Made by a program: the position numbers and the translations under genes
Assembly (NCBI GenBank): GCA_044892505.1
Contig: CM097883.1
Coordinates: 205,965,854-206,028,000, forward strand
Direction: 5' to 3'
Source: Schmidtea nova
Lineage: Eukaryota
DNA: 62,147 bases
Shown here: piece after piece, positions 21,158 through 35,691 of the stretch
Numbering within the stretch: the first letter of the stretch is position 1
Layout of the letters: each line of letters starts with the position of its first letter
Notes under the pieces: model-generated
Databases searched by the model: none
The model's input: only the letters and a program-made list of their open reading frames with translations
Told to the model about the DNA's origin: nothing

Positions 21158-24100
21158 CAAAAACAACACATTTTGGGTGCACAGCAATAGCATAGACTTT
21201 TTAATAGACACCGGCTCGGTGATTTCATTACTGCCCCATTTTATGTATAAAAGTGCCAACAAAACAGAAAAACCATTAACAGCAGCTAACGGCACAAACA
21301 TAAAAACTTTCGAGCAACAAACAATAAACTTAACCATAAATAAAAAGAACTACAACTGGACATTCACTATAGCTGAGGTCCAACAAGCGATAATAGGAGC
21401 AGACTTCCTAACAAATTACAACCTCTTAGTTGATTTTAAAAACAAGCAAATACTAGAAAATACTAACGCTACAACTCGACAACGCAACACGAGCAGCGGA
21501 CAAAGACCAAAGATAGACATCGGCGTCGTTACAACAAACATAAAAAACAAACCAAACCGGAATAAAAACATACCAGAAATCGACAAAATTCTGGAACGAT
21601 TCAAGGATTTAACGGAACCCGTCCAATTCAACGACAATTCTGAAAAAACAACCGAACACGCCATAATCACAAACGGAAATCCAGTGCACTCAAAAGTAAG
21701 ACCACTGGACCCCAAAAATATAGAAATCACAAAAAACATTTTCAGCGAACTGTTAGAAAATAACATTGTAAAACATTCCAACTCTGAATGGTCTTCAGCA
21801 TTGATGCTTAAACAAAAAGCAAATGGTGAATGGAGAGCCTGCGGCGATTACAGACTATTAAACAAAATTACAGAACCAGACAGCTACCCATTACCTATAA
21901 TTAAAGACATCATAAACAGATTAATCGGGGCAAAATAATTCTCAAAAATAGGTCTACAAAAAGCATACCACCAGACCCCAATTAGAAAAGAGGACGTCAA
22001 GAAGACAGCAATAACAACCCCAATCGGAATGTTCGAATACAACCGAATGCCTTTCGGTTTACGAAATGCGGCAGCAACATTCCAACGATTCATGGACCAA
22101 ACGATGAAAAACAACAAAAACACAATAGCTTACCTGGATGACATCCTAATATCAAGCCCAGACAAAACAACACATCTAAAATATGTAGAAACGGCGTTCG
22201 AAACACTGAACAAAGCAAAACTTAAAATAAACATACAAAAATGCGAATTCATGAGAAATGAAATAAATTTTCTGGAACACACACTAAACGACAAAGGAAC
22301 ACAGCTAATCGAAAACAAAATTAACAATATAAAAAACTACAAACTACCAACAACCACAAGAGAGTTGAGGAGATTTCTAGGAATGGTAAACTTCTACCAT
22401 TCGTACATCCCAAACTGCAGTAAATTACTAGCACCATTAAATGACATTACCACAACAAAGCGAAATGTCACAATAAACTGGACTCATCAAACAACCGAAG
22501 CATTCGAAAAAGCCAAAGAAAGTCTTTCAACGGCAACACTACTCGGATATCCTGATCCAGAAATAGAATACCAATTAACTACAGACTGCTCAGGTTTTGA
22601 AATGGGGGCAACAATTTTCCAGGAAAACAAATTCGGAAAACAACCACTAGGTTTCTTCTCTAAAAAGCTAAAGTCACACCAAACAAGATATTCGACTTTT
22701 GACAGAGAACTACTAGCAATACATGATGCAATCAACACTTTCAACATCTACTCGAAGGGCGAACTTTCAAAATATTCACCGACCACAAATCGCTAACAAA
22801 CGCAATTGAAATGAAAAACCCTTCGCCAAGACAGATCAGATAAATCAACTTCATTTCACAATTCAATTGTACAATAAATTATCTATCGGGAAAATCAAAC
22901 ATAGCAGCAGACGCCTTATCCAGAACCGAAAGTGACATAAATTCCTTATAATTCGGAGAAATGATTGATTTGGATCAAATCAAACCCAAATAAAACGAAA
23001 CAATAAGGAAACTGCCTACTAAACACAGTCTGAAACTCCAGGAACTTAACGGAGTATGGTACGATGTATCCAACGAAAGCAACAGACGAATTCTACTACC
23101 CAAAGAATTCCGCAAAAAATGCATCGAAAAGATCCACTGAATTAATCATCCGGGAAACAAAACAACTTTCGAATTTATTCACAACAATTATATATGGCCC
23201 GACATGAGGAAAGAGATAAAAAACTTTGTCAAAAGCTGCCATAATTGCCAAATAAGCAAACCGACAAAGAAAATTAAAACAGAAAAAGTAAACTTCCCAA
23301 GTAGTCAACCCTTCGAGGTGATTCACATAGACATAGTAGGACCGTTACCACCGAACAACGGGTACAACTACTTACTAACAATCATCGACAGAAAGACAAA
23401 CTGGTTTGAAATCGTCCCAATAAAAGAAATATCCGCTCAAAATATATGTAACAACATCGAACTAAATTGGATGGCTCGCTACGGACAACCCAAAATACTA
23501 ATAACAGATCAAGGGAGGCAATTTGAATCAGAACTATTCAGCGCCCTATGTAAAAAATATAAAATAAAACGGAATCGAACAACCGCTTACAACCCTCAAG
23601 CGAATGGAAAAGTCGAAAGACTGCATAGAACGCTTAAACAAAGCGAATGACAGAAATTGGTTGTCTGAACTACCGACAATATTGCTGGGACTAAGGAACA
23701 CACCAAACTCAATAGACATCGAAAGTCCAGCATACAAAGTGTTTGGCAAAGAATCAAACCTCCCAACAATTAAAAACAATACAACAGAAAACGCAAAAAC
23801 CAACAAACAACCAACCAACACAAACAACGAAAGAGTAGAAAAGAAATTAAAAGGAATCCCAAAAAAGAGAGCGAACTCTGAAATGGACGGAAAAGTAGTA
23901 CTAACGACAGACTACGTATTAATCAAAAAGCCCTTCACCAAAGGTTTCGAACCAAAATACGAAGGCCCATTCAAACTGATGGAAATTAACAAAAATGTGG
24001 CAACAATAATAAAAGACAACATCAAAACAAGAATAAATCTTAGAAGAATTAAACCATACCACAACAATCAAAACACTTCAAACAACCCCACAAAAGAAAA

Positions 24101-24248
24101 AGCCCCGACACAAACAAAAACACAAACAAAAACTCAAACAAAACATAAACACATCACATTCAACCCCAACAACTCGATAAAACTTTTCGACAAGGACACA
24201 ATAATCACACCCCTTTACAAAAAACGCTATAGCGAATGCCTTAAATAA
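21135..24248 (+). pseudogene. pol: pol (PR-RT-RNase H-IN), several stops and frameshifts
   Basis: FLIDTGS, CGDYRLLN, MPFGLRNA, YLDDIL, TTDCS, YSTFDRELLA, HIDIVGP, TDQGRQF, NGKVER, YEGPF. Confidence 0.93.
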
Positions 24249-24524
24249 AAATATACAAGCAAAACACAGGCACAACATAGTCATTTGTACAGATTTTTAT
24301 TTCTTTTGTAGATATGTAATTCATCGTGTTAAATTGTAATCAAACAAACAAAACATAACAAAAACAAAACAAAACAAAACAAAACAAACAAAACAAACAA
24401 AAAAAAAGATTTTATGTTACTGTTAGTGTGAAAAGGTAAATTGTAAGTAATTTGTAAAAGTAGTTCAAATATAAATGTTAATTTTTATTCTTTTGTTAAC
24501 CTCCGGTTTTAAAGGGGGAAGTTG

Positions 24525-25469
24525 TGTGAATGTCATATTTTATGGTTTAATTCATCTTACGATTATGGTTTTTCTCGTATGTTGTTGTAAGCGCCGTCAT
24601 TGTTATCGACGGCGCCTTTGCGGTCACCGGGTGCCCCCCTTTTTCTTGTGAATGATAATATTTATTTTTATTTTTATTATTATTATTTAAATTTGATTTT
24701 CAAATTTGGCTTGCTATAGCAAAAGATATAGTAAGCCAAATTGACAATTAAATTAACAATTAAATTAAAATCGATCAAAAAAAATAAAGCTAATAGTTTA
24801 AAAACTGCCCAAATAATAAGAAAGCTCGAATTGCAAATTCACCGGTTAAACAAACAAAAAAGAAAATTGTCAGATTCAAAACAATTGTTTTTTCAATTCT
24901 CCCTTTGCCAAATCTTAACAATTATCTTAAACCAAACAATTTAATACAAGAAAACGACAACAACAATCTTAAACCCTTCTTGAAGAAGAACTATTGAAAA
25001 CGAAGTGCAGAAACTTCCCTTTGCCAAATCTTAACAATTATCTTAAACCCAACAATTTAATACAAGAAAATGACAACAACAATCTTAAACTCATCTTAAA
25101 GAAGCACAATTGAAAACGAGCTGCAGGAACTTACTATTGCCAGATTTTAACAATTATCTTAAATCAAACAATTTAATACAAGTAACTTTTGTGGTTCTAA
25201 AGTTTTTCTTTTAGATACATTTTCAGTTAAATATAACTTGCATCATAGTTATTGTGTTAAGTTACTTATTTATTTGTTAGTGTTAATATTGTATCTAAAC
25301 AGTTCTTATTACGCACGCACTCACACCAAAAGGACATACGCATACACCCCGAGTGTCCTAACACAAATCGGTGACTCTCTCGGGCTCGTCAATAATTTCC
25401 TCTGGTACACAAAACTACATAATAAATAATATTTCCTTAACAAACATCAACAATCTAATTTATTTCCTT

Positions 25470-25473
<4 letters not shown>
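24525..25473 (+). repeat. 3' LTR
   Basis: Follows the PPT; ends AACA then (TA)n. Confidence 0.93.
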
Positions 25474-25553
<80 letters not shown>

Positions 25554-26464
25554 GTTTGTGGCATCAAATAACACATTTAATGAAAACTAAAAAAACCAAT
25601 AAATAAAAAGAAAATAAATTTAAGTCTATGCAATTCAGCAACAAAATTCATTACTCATACCTTTAAACCTACTCTTCGCAAAACCTATGAAATTGATTAC
25701 GACCTTATTTCAGTATTATTAAATAAAGATTCTTTATGTTTAGATGGATCCAGTTATATTTATAAAACCGAATTGGATTTATCTAAACTTGGTATGTACT
25801 AGCTGTAGTATGAAAATTTACAACAATATTGTAACGATTTCAATTGTGAAATTAACATCAGAACTCAGAGGTGTCAAAATTATGATCCACAAAGCCGTAC
25901 CAGAAGGAAAAAATATGAAATAATAATTCTTATTATAAGTTTAAAACAATTATTACAATTACATTTTCAATTTAGGCCAAAAGCTTACTGTATGTCAATT
26001 TTTGTATGTAATTTTTGCTTGATATAATGTACCGCTTCTCATTTTTCAAATCTTCAAAGTTTGGTATTAGACTTTGGCTAGATTTAATTTTTTATATAGA
26101 ACCTAAATGTTCTTCAGTCAATCTGGTTCGGTGCGCTGTTCTAGTCATTTTCATTTGTGAAAAAAGCTGTTCACATATATATGTGCTACCAAACATGGAT
26201 AATATGCGTATAACTGTGAGGTGTTTTCCGCTGAGAACTAAATATTTCAATGATTTATTAAAATAATTTCAAATGATAAATAATTTAAATTTAATAAGTT
26301 TTAAAATAATTGTTATAACTAATGTGTATTTATGTTTTTTATAATTTTTATAATTTGTAATTTTTATTTTTAAAGTTTGTAATTTTAAGATATAAAATAA
26401 ATAAGTAAATTTTAATAAATTATAATTTTATAAATAACTTTATACATTTTAAAATTTATAAATT

Positions 26465-27580
26465 GTTTTGAAAATATTTTGTTCAAGGCTGAAAATTTGT
26501 TTGAAAATTATATAATATTTTATAAAATAAAAACTTGGAATTATGACTTCAACTTCTCAACCTGATTTAGAAAATAATTTAGAAGATGTTCTAGCAACAT
26601 CTAATATGTCAACCTCGTCAATGGAATTCTTCATAAAGAAGCTATTTCCCAGAGATTTCCATAAGGCAGATGATGTTGAGACATTTATTAAAGAATGTGA
26701 TAAAAATTTTAAAGTAGGTCAAATGTCTACTTCAAAACAAGAGATGATGGTCGAATTACTGATCGACAAAAGTATTAGAGAAATATATACAGGAGTTGAT
26801 CCAAATATTAAATGCTATAAGGAAAGATTGCGGAAGGCATTCATTAAAAAACAACGTTGACAGAGAATTTACAATCAGCTATGTGCTATAGAAAGACGAG
26901 CGAGGAGCCAGAAAAATAGTTTACTATCATTGACGAGTTAGTTGATAAAATATTGGGACATGAGTTAAATAGAGAAAGCTTAACAGAATATCTGCTGGTA
27001 CACTATGCAGCCGAGAAGACTTTGAAGCTTGAATTGTGTTTAAATGACACAAAAGTAACAACGGAAGTGAAGAAATAAAAATCAATAAGTTACACGAATC
27101 TCATATAGTTGCAGAAGAAATCTATGTAGTGAGATAAAGAAGGTCAGAACCGAATATAGCAAGAAGGTACAGAGACGCGGTTACAAATCAAACAAGAAAT
27201 ATTATATCACCAAGATATAATAACGAGCAGGCAGACTATCGAGAAGAAAACCCGAAAAGAACTAAGAACGAATGTTAGATATGTCACAAGGTAAGACATT
27301 TGAGTAGAGATTGCATAACAAGAAAGGCAGTTACATGTTTGAAAATTTTGTTTGAAAATTTTGTTTGAAAATTATTTAGTATTTCAAAAAATAAAAACTT
27401 GAAATTATGACTTCAACTTCTCAACCTGGTTTAGAAAATAATTTAGAAGATGTTCTAGCAACTGGAGATTATCATTATCACATTCTTTAATGAATGTTTC
27501 AACATCATCTCCCTTTATAGGAATCGCTCGGAAATAGCTTCTTTATGAAGAATTCCATTGACATGGTCGACATATTACTG
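26465..27580 (+). mobile_element. Decayed Gypsy gag fragment with partial tandem duplication and inversion
   Basis: DDVETFIKEC and a degenerate CxxCxxxxHxxxxC at ~27270-27315. 26465-26600 is repeated at 27338-27460; 27480-27580 is an inverted copy of ~26603-26700. Confidence 0.7.
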
Positions 27581-28099
27581 AAAAACGATATGCAGATAAG
27601 TATCGGTAAAATTCTGGAATACCAATTTCCATATTTTTCTGTTTCAATAAGGTGTCGCATCGTAGTTCTATAAACTAAACTTAAGAATTTTACACTGTTA
27701 GCTACTTTTGTTTACATTTTTAACATAATGATTGATAAAAAAATTAAATAATGAAACTAAAATGGTGTTAGCTATTGCTAAACACAACATTACGATAAAT
27801 TAAAAAAATTGTTCGATACGCTGCTTGTTCGAAACTTTGCCATTGACCCTCAATCAAAAAATATTTGATATTTCTATTATAGCTGGTGACAGTGATTTGT
27901 GTTTCCTATAGGTAGTTTTACCTGCTATGATCAGGTATCAGCTTTTAGACACTTCAAATTATGACTGAAATTATCCCTTGTATTTTGAAATGCCATGATT
28001 TTGTCACTAACAAGTTCAAAGACGAGAATAAAGGACCTTAATACAAGAAATTAAGGCTTTAAGATATAATAATAATAATTTTAATAATCAAATAAATTT

Positions 28100-29353
28100 T
28101 ATTTTTTCTCTATTTTAGGCGACACTTTCATTGGCAGCTGATATATCGTGTCCATTGACCATTGGTGTGTCATTTTCATTGTTAACATTCATTTCAAAAA
28201 TAAAATAAAATTATCAAAATATAATAATATAAAATATACCATTTATTCCGTTTACATTTGCCGTTATAAGTCTTCAAAACTTCCATTTACATTAAATCCT
28301 AAAATTGAATAACAATAATAAAAAATAATAAAAAAATCTTACAATTCATTCTCGATCCGCTAATCTTTCCATAAGCGACATCATTAATATTATTGTTCAA
28401 GATAAAAGTTTATCGATTATTGATAATAATTTAGAAACTTTAGGTATTCGTAAAAAGTAAAAGAAATTGGTTAAACATATCTCTATATATTGGCTATAGC
28501 ATCATATTTAATCAACGAATGTAAATTGCTTAAGACTAGAAAAATTACCCTTACGCATAACATTAGTGTGTGTTTGTGTGTTTTCACAGACAATATATTC
28601 ACACACGCATAAATCTACACTAAATTAAAACACAAATTATCATGCTTTTGACTTTCAAAAACAAATAATTATTATATATTATCAACTTTTTAAATAAAAC
28701 ACAGACCAAACAACCTCTATAAGCACAGTTTGTATAATCACGATATGAACATGAAATATTAGCAAAGAAATCTTCAACCTCTTTCACATTTTAGTTGATC
28801 AGTTTTATATTTGAGAAATATCTCTTTAAAACAATAACATTATCTTAATCAGTGACATATATAATATCTTCTATTTCTTTCAAAATTCATATTGGACAAA
28901 ATCGATATTCTCCTTCATATTTTTCTAATCGATCATTTTCCCCAATTCCAGCCCAAATTGGCTTATCGTTATATATCCAATACTTTAGTAGAAAAATATT
29001 ATTTACATTCATAATACATAATTCTTTAATAACTATCCCACCTACATTCTTACTAGAGCCATAAATATCAATAAAATAACAAATCACATTTCAAGAACCA
29101 TTTATAAAACTATATTGTTCATACTTTTAACATAGAATTCAGTCATGCAAGGCAATGTTAAAAACAAGTAATCTTCAATGGATGTTGATACTAAATTTAA
29201 TTATATAAAATTGGTTTGTAAGACACCCAAATAAGGATCTTTCTGTAACGAATACACTCCAAAAAATTCATTTCCCAATAACTATTTTCCAATTTGATTA
29301 ATCTGAATAAAACTAATTTAATAATTTTTTGATAAATAAAAAACTTACTTCAT
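28100..29353 (-). mobile_element. Second, older Polinton fragment (protease - exonuclease-like - spliced small gene), same order as 11616..9896
   Basis: ICYFIDIYG..GGIVIKELCIMNVNNIF homolog; protease remnant MN^FIQINQIGK*LLGNEFFGV...HCLA with the same intron position. Confidence 0.78.
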
Positions 29354-29367
29354 GAAAATTTGATATA

Positions 29368-30396
29368 CACTGGAACCTCGATTTGCGTCGTTAATTGGGA
29401 CTTGAAAAAGATGACGCAAATCGAGTTTTTAGTATTGACGTATGTATAACTATATTTTGTTAATAAGTACTATCAGAAAACAATTCCTTGTATCAAAAAC
29501 TATTTAATTCATATGCATATAATACCAACATAAAAAAACGAACATAAAGAAAATACTATAATACATAAATTCATTAACATAAAAGAAAATAACAAATAAC
29601 ATAAAAAATCATTAAATAAAATAAAAAATCTTTTACATTGCACAAACATTATAACATAACTTATAATTTATTATTGACTATAATTTAATATTGACGAGTG
29701 ACGATTCTAATTTGATGAACCTGACGATTCTAAATCAATTAATATTTCTGTTGACTCATTTGGTTCTCGTACAGATTTAGTAAAAAAAATTGTCCAAAGT
29801 TTGTTGAACTTTTGCCGCTTCTTTTTCCAAGTAAATTTCCTTGTAGCAATTTATAGTGCTTTTTATAGATCTAGTAACTTTTGAACTTCGATCTTCGTCA
29901 GGGTCATTACATGCGAAAATATCCATTGCCTGCAAAATTAGTTGCATTGCTTTCGATATAGAACTAGCCGTTAACTGTCGTTCTTCTGGCACATCAGGTG
30001 AATCGATTTCGTCCTGTTCAACATTTAGAGAAATCAATTCTTCATTATTCAACTCTTCATCGCGTGATATTAATATCTCATTAATATAATCTTCTTCCAT
30101 GCCTTCAAAGTTAACATCTCTAGATAATACAGCAAGTTCTCTACGAAGGGTTGGTACAATATCAATTTCTGCAACTTTAGACACGCATTCTGGCCATAAT
30201 TGATGCCAAACTCAGTTCATGCATTAAAATTGGGATGTAAAAATTGAATTAAAGAATTAAATGAGACATCCTATTTATATAAAATTTAAGCGACGCAAAC
30301 CAAAATTTTAACGACGCAACTCTGAAATGACGAAAATTCAAGAATGACACAACTTCGAAAACAACGCAAATCGAAAAGACGCAAATCGAGGTTCTA

Positions 30397-30399
<3 letters not shown>
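29368..30399 (-). mobile_element. Non-autonomous pogo/Tigger element with ~22-bp TIRs, TA flanks and a transposase C-terminal remnant (29777-30230)
   Basis: cactggaacctcgatttgcgtc ... gacgcaaatcgaggttctagta; VWHQLWPEC...YKEIY..QQTLDNFF. Confidence 0.85.
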
Positions 30400-30477
<78 letters not shown>

Positions 30478-30482
<5 letters not shown>

Positions 30483-32502
30483 AGGTTCCCAAAATCTCAA
30501 CATGGTATCTTATATATATAAATAAAATAACACTGGTTAAAAGATTTTATTCAAATACAACAAATACAAATTACCTAAATATTTTATTACAGATTCACAA
30601 TGCTGTTCCTTTAATGTGTAAATATATATGTGTGTGTGTAAATGCCTTCTGAGCTCGATGTCTTATTAAAGTTTTTATTAAATATATAGGTTTATTAAAA
30701 TATAGCTGAAATTAATTAAAAATCGTATGTTGAATGTATGTATGAATGTTCTGTATGAAAATTCTGTCAAGAAAAATTACATATTTATTTGAATCTCCTA
30801 ACGTTGTTTGAATAATTGTTGTAAAAAATACAGTTTTGAAATGTTGTTAATTTAATTAATTATTTAATGATTGACGCAATTAATACCCGAAGTTCTGGAA
30901 AAGAAGATACTAACATGTTTATTAAATGAATTTTCCATAATTGCATTTATTTCGTCTTCACATTTTTGTCATTTGTAATTGCATTCCAAATTGCACTTCC
31001 TATTACCTTTGGTTTATATCTTTGGCTACAACGAATTCTACTTTTTTAATTTCAGACATTTTATCAACTTTTACATTTAATAAAGTTTTACCACAAATTT
31101 CAATCGGTCTTTCATTTGCACATCTTAATTTTAAATTACTTGTAGTCATACTCAAATTTCCAAGTTTTTTTAAAATATTATAATAAATCACACTTATTTT
31201 AGCTCCAGTATCTAGTAGACATACTAATTTTACATTATTAATCATCTCGGTAACACTGGACCTTCCTTACATTTTATCGTATACTATTATATCATTATAT
31301 TTATCAAGATTAAAAACATTTATTTCATTAGAAGTTAGAGGTGGGTCTTTAAAAAGTTCATCCATACAAAATTTATCAATGTATATATATATATATATAT
31401 TAGTATAATTTCTATAATCAAAAACACAATCACAACAGTTAACATTCAAACTATCACAATCATTCAAAGTCATACAATCCTTACTCACATCATTAATTAA
31501 TTTTAATTTATTGCTCTGATCACTTCCTCGTGTGGTGGAGCATTCCCTTTTGGGTACTCAAAGTCAGCTTCTGGATCCTCGTCATCGAATGCGGCCACTG
31601 ATTTATGGAATTTTCGTCATCTGTCTGGAAATAACTCATGGCACTGCTGTTTGAAATGTCCTGATCTTTTACAATGGGGTCATTGGATATTCGTGGCACG
31701 CCCAACATCGTAAAATTTGATTTGTTCGGGCATGATCTAGTGAATGAAATTCCCTAGTATTATAAGGCTTACTTCTATTCACAGGTTTCCATCCATTTGA
31801 AATAGTATATAGATGTTCTCTTGTAAATTCACCTTTGAATCTTGGATTATGTTGAGGTTATATTGTATATTCATTTTTGAAGCTGTGATTAGCTTCTCGT
31901 TCTCTAGTTGATCAGTTATCATAACCATATCTTGGTAAACTCTTCTTAACAGAATCAGCATATTGTTGGGTTTTATTCATTGAAATTACATCATCACGAA
32001 ATGCATTAATTTCTTTTGAAACTTGATCGTGTTTCTTTAATCTTTCTTTCATTTCATCAAATTATTTTAAATTTTGCATTTTGAGATCCTTTTTAATTTC
32101 TTTATCTTCAAGCGAATTGAATAGCAAAGATTTTTTTAGTTCTTCTTCATCAAGTTTATGCTTCAAAGTATTTTTTGCAAGTTTCTCAATTTTTGAGCAG
32201 AATTCTTCGGCTGCATCATTTCTTTGACGATAATTTAGCGCTTCGTTAAGATCATCGATAAGACTTCTGTTCATAGCAAAAGCGTTTCTTAATCTTTCTG
32301 TATAATGCAGAGTTTTATTTGTTAACTCTATTTCTTCGTTGCATTGATTCATAGAAAAGCTTTGACGAATTTGCTTCTGTACTCATGGACAATATTTGTC
32401 ATCTCCAAGAATCGTTCCGTTTCTAAAATGAAATCTTCCACGTCTGAATCCGTGTAAAAATATTTCTGGTGGTTTGATAAAATTTGCAATCGTGGTCGCC
32501 AT
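30478..32502 (-). mobile_element. Decayed Gypsy gag-protease plus LTR-end fragment
   Basis: MATTIANFIKPP gag start, CLLDTGAKISVI protease; LTR-like end ...CTCAACA (minus strand) next to (TA)n. Confidence 0.72.
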
Positions 32503-33149
32503 ATTAGCCACAGCGCTACGGGTATTAATCGAATCTATAAGAACAAATCATAATAACACGTTTATTAATTAAAAATCCAAATCTTATTAAAACAAATTGT
32601 AACGTTAATTTGTTTGAGGAGTTTCTAAACAATAATAATTAATGTATAAGTAAGGATTTCAACATACAATCAAACATGCACAGCATCATACCATTATATT
32701 TTAATACAAATTACAAAAACGCCTCACGATTCTCACGTTATATTTCATTCTATATTGAGTTTGCTTTAATTGGCCACACAAATCTATAAATTTTGTTTCG
32801 AATAAACTTGGTTCTGACATGTGACAATATTTACTACTTCGTTTTGGATAATTTGTTTCATGCTTCTCATTGGAAAATTATTCAGCACACATTTTTCAAT
32901 TTACATTGGACAAGCATGATCCGTTTTTTCTGATATATTTTAGTGAACTCAATTCTTTTTATCCAAAATACATATTTAATTGTTTTCTGTCAATGTTACT
33001 CCTTTCCTTTTTTTGAATTTGTTGTCCTCCTTTTAGTTTAAAGTTATTTATGATTTTGTTAATTTTTTTGAATTCATTTGACATTCTTGGTCTGAAACGT
33101 CTTTCATTTTTGACAAAAGCTTTGTAATTAGTTTCCTATTTTTGGTTTA

Positions 33150-34220
33150 ATATGGATAATTTGGCATTGAACGCGCGGCATGCATAAACGTCTTGAAAAT
33201 GCATCGGCATTACAATGTGTTTTCATTTATTAAATTGAAATTATATTTCCAAACTGTTAAAATAATTGATTCTCGTTAGGAAAATGTTGAGTTATAGCTT
33301 TCATTGTCTTCATCATATATCCGTACGTAATATAAATTGTTTCCCGTAATGACAACCTTTATAGTTGTTTGTGAAATAGTAGATTACTAAAAGTTCTTTG
33401 CTTGTCATGAAATAGCAGACATCTGTTTTGACATGGGATGTGATCCATATGCAATAACATTTTATTTTCCCGAGCTATCTGTTTGTAATAGAACTGCACA
33501 ATACGATTGAAGCTAGCATCTGTATTTAATATGAATGTTTTAAAAAAAATCAAGAATCTTTAATAATGGTGCATTAATCAATTTATTTTTAAGTTTCATA
33601 AATGCATTTCCATATTGGTCTGTCCAAACCAACTTTTTTCATTGCTTTCACAAAACCTTTCTAGATGTTTTGAATCTTCTGTCTAATCCATTATAAACTT
33701 TTTGATATTTTTAGTTTACTATAAGAAACTCCTAAATTGGGTCTTTTGAATTCTTTCATTGTTTTCCCTTCATTTTTGCTGATTATGTCACATATTTTAT
33801 TTCATCTTTCAAAAATTGACATTTCAATAAACTGATCTCAAATCCCGGATGTTTTATTTTCTTGAAAACGCTTTCAATATGGTTTTAGTGTTTTTTTAAT
33901 TCTTTTGAAAAAATAACAATATCGTTCAAATACACTGTAGATATTTGTCAATTAACTAGGTTCACTGATTTTTAAAAGGTTTCTGGAGCGCTTGCTATCC
34001 CAAATGGGATCTGATTAAAGCAAGAGTGTCTGTTTTTGGTAGAAAATGTTGTCTTCAGACTTGACTTTTCATTGAGCTCTACTTGATAGTGATAATTTCA
34101 TAAATTGGCTGTTGTGAAATATATTGCACTCCATATTGTATCCAATAACTCATTTGTATCCAGCACAGGAAATATTGGCCATTCTGTGACATTGTTTAAC
34201 TCTCAGAAATATTCAGACAC
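33150..34220 (-). pseudogene. Decayed Gypsy RT-RNase H fragment
   Basis: IPFGIASAPETF, VYLNDIVIF, FILNTDAS, HCNADAFSR remnants. Confidence 0.75.
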
Positions 34221-35301
34221 ACTTAAGGTGTGTTTAACGCCCATTTAAATTTTATTATTATTTATTTTTCCATTTATTTTTTTCTATTAATCTTGAGTTA
34301 AATGGGTTCGCTATCAACTTGTATTTATTAAATGTGTTTTCCTGATATTTAAATTTCCCGTGTTATTAATGTTATTTTACTAACATATTTGCCAACACAG
34401 ATTATGTCTTTTGATTCTAAAGAATTGTCAACATAAATTATTTTCAATAACATGTTCCAGATCTCATCTTTGTGGAATTCTTTTCTCCGGGGAAATTCCA
34501 TTCGTCGTACTCATACTTTATTTTAGATATATACAGGGATAAAGAAGTTTTATCCACAGTAATGATATTTCTGCGGACTTGGTCACCATCTTGATCAAAA
34601 AGGAGAAGGTTTACCTTGAAACAAATTATTGCAACACTTATTGAAAGCACCAAATAGTAATCATAAACCATGGAACATTAAAAATCCGATTATTATATAA
34701 ACAATCCAAGTATGACTGATGTTTTATATTATTACTCTTCAAAATTTCCTCCTTAGTTTTCAAGTCTTCTTTATATATTGACTAGAAATTTTAAGAAAGT
34801 AAGTGGTTCAGCGGATTTATTATTCAAAGACTTTGTTCCAAATTGCTAGAAAAAAATAATCTGCAAGTAAGGAAACAAAGGTGCTTTTAAATAATCACAT
34901 TATCAAGCAAAGCCACAAAATATCTTCCTTGATACGCACTCATATTCTGTAATTTTCTTTAAATTGATGACAAATTTTATGACGCAAAGTAATATGGGCA
35001 TATTTCTTTTAGAGGGGATAATAATAATCATAAATTCACATGAAATTTGTATAAAGGTCATTAAATATAATACCGAATTGCATTAATAAATTTCCAATTT
35101 AATAGTAAAACCACCAATTTTATTTATAATTCAACAAACGTAACTTTGGTTTTTGATATGTGTAGCTTTATGGAGGATATTTCTTTTGAGTTATTACAAT
35201 TATTACAATAATTTGTTAAAAGTGTGTAAAGGAAAATTTTTGAGCCCAGCCGAGTCACCTGTAAAAAGTCTCGGGACAGTTGGGGTAAATTCTGTGTAAT
35301 G

Positions 35302-35350
<49 letters not shown>

Positions 35351-35660
35351 ACAGAATACCAACAATTAATGACAAATAACAAAATCCTTAATCTTACAAA
35401 TTTAATTTTTAAGCAGAAATAATAACGAAAAAAACTATTACTTACAAATAATCAGATATTTGTCTCGATCAGATTAAATTATAGATATAAGTTGTTTTTT
35501 GATTTATGTTATATTTCTTTCCAATTTGATTCTTTATTTTCCTTTTAATTTAGTTACTCTTAATTCCCATCATTATCTTTCTATCGATTTAAAAAAAAAT
35601 TATTTTAATTTTTATAATTTTAATTTATTATTATTATTATACTCCTGAACAGGAATTATG

Positions 35661-35691
<31 letters not shown>

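Larger units (their letters stand above)
18820..25473 (+). mobile_element. Full-length Ty3/Gypsy LTR retrotransposon inserted in (TA)n
   Basis: Two ~950-bp LTRs with ~15 differences; PBS TGGTGTCAGAAGT; PPT AAAGGGGGAAG at 24511; gag then PR-RT-RH-IN. Confidence 0.95.

Noticed and set aside
30478-30509. 25-bp TGTTGAG...CTCAACA followed by TGGTATC as a micro-LTR with a tRNA-Met PBS
   Set aside because: The PBS match stops after 7 nt; better explained as the end of a minus-strand LTR.
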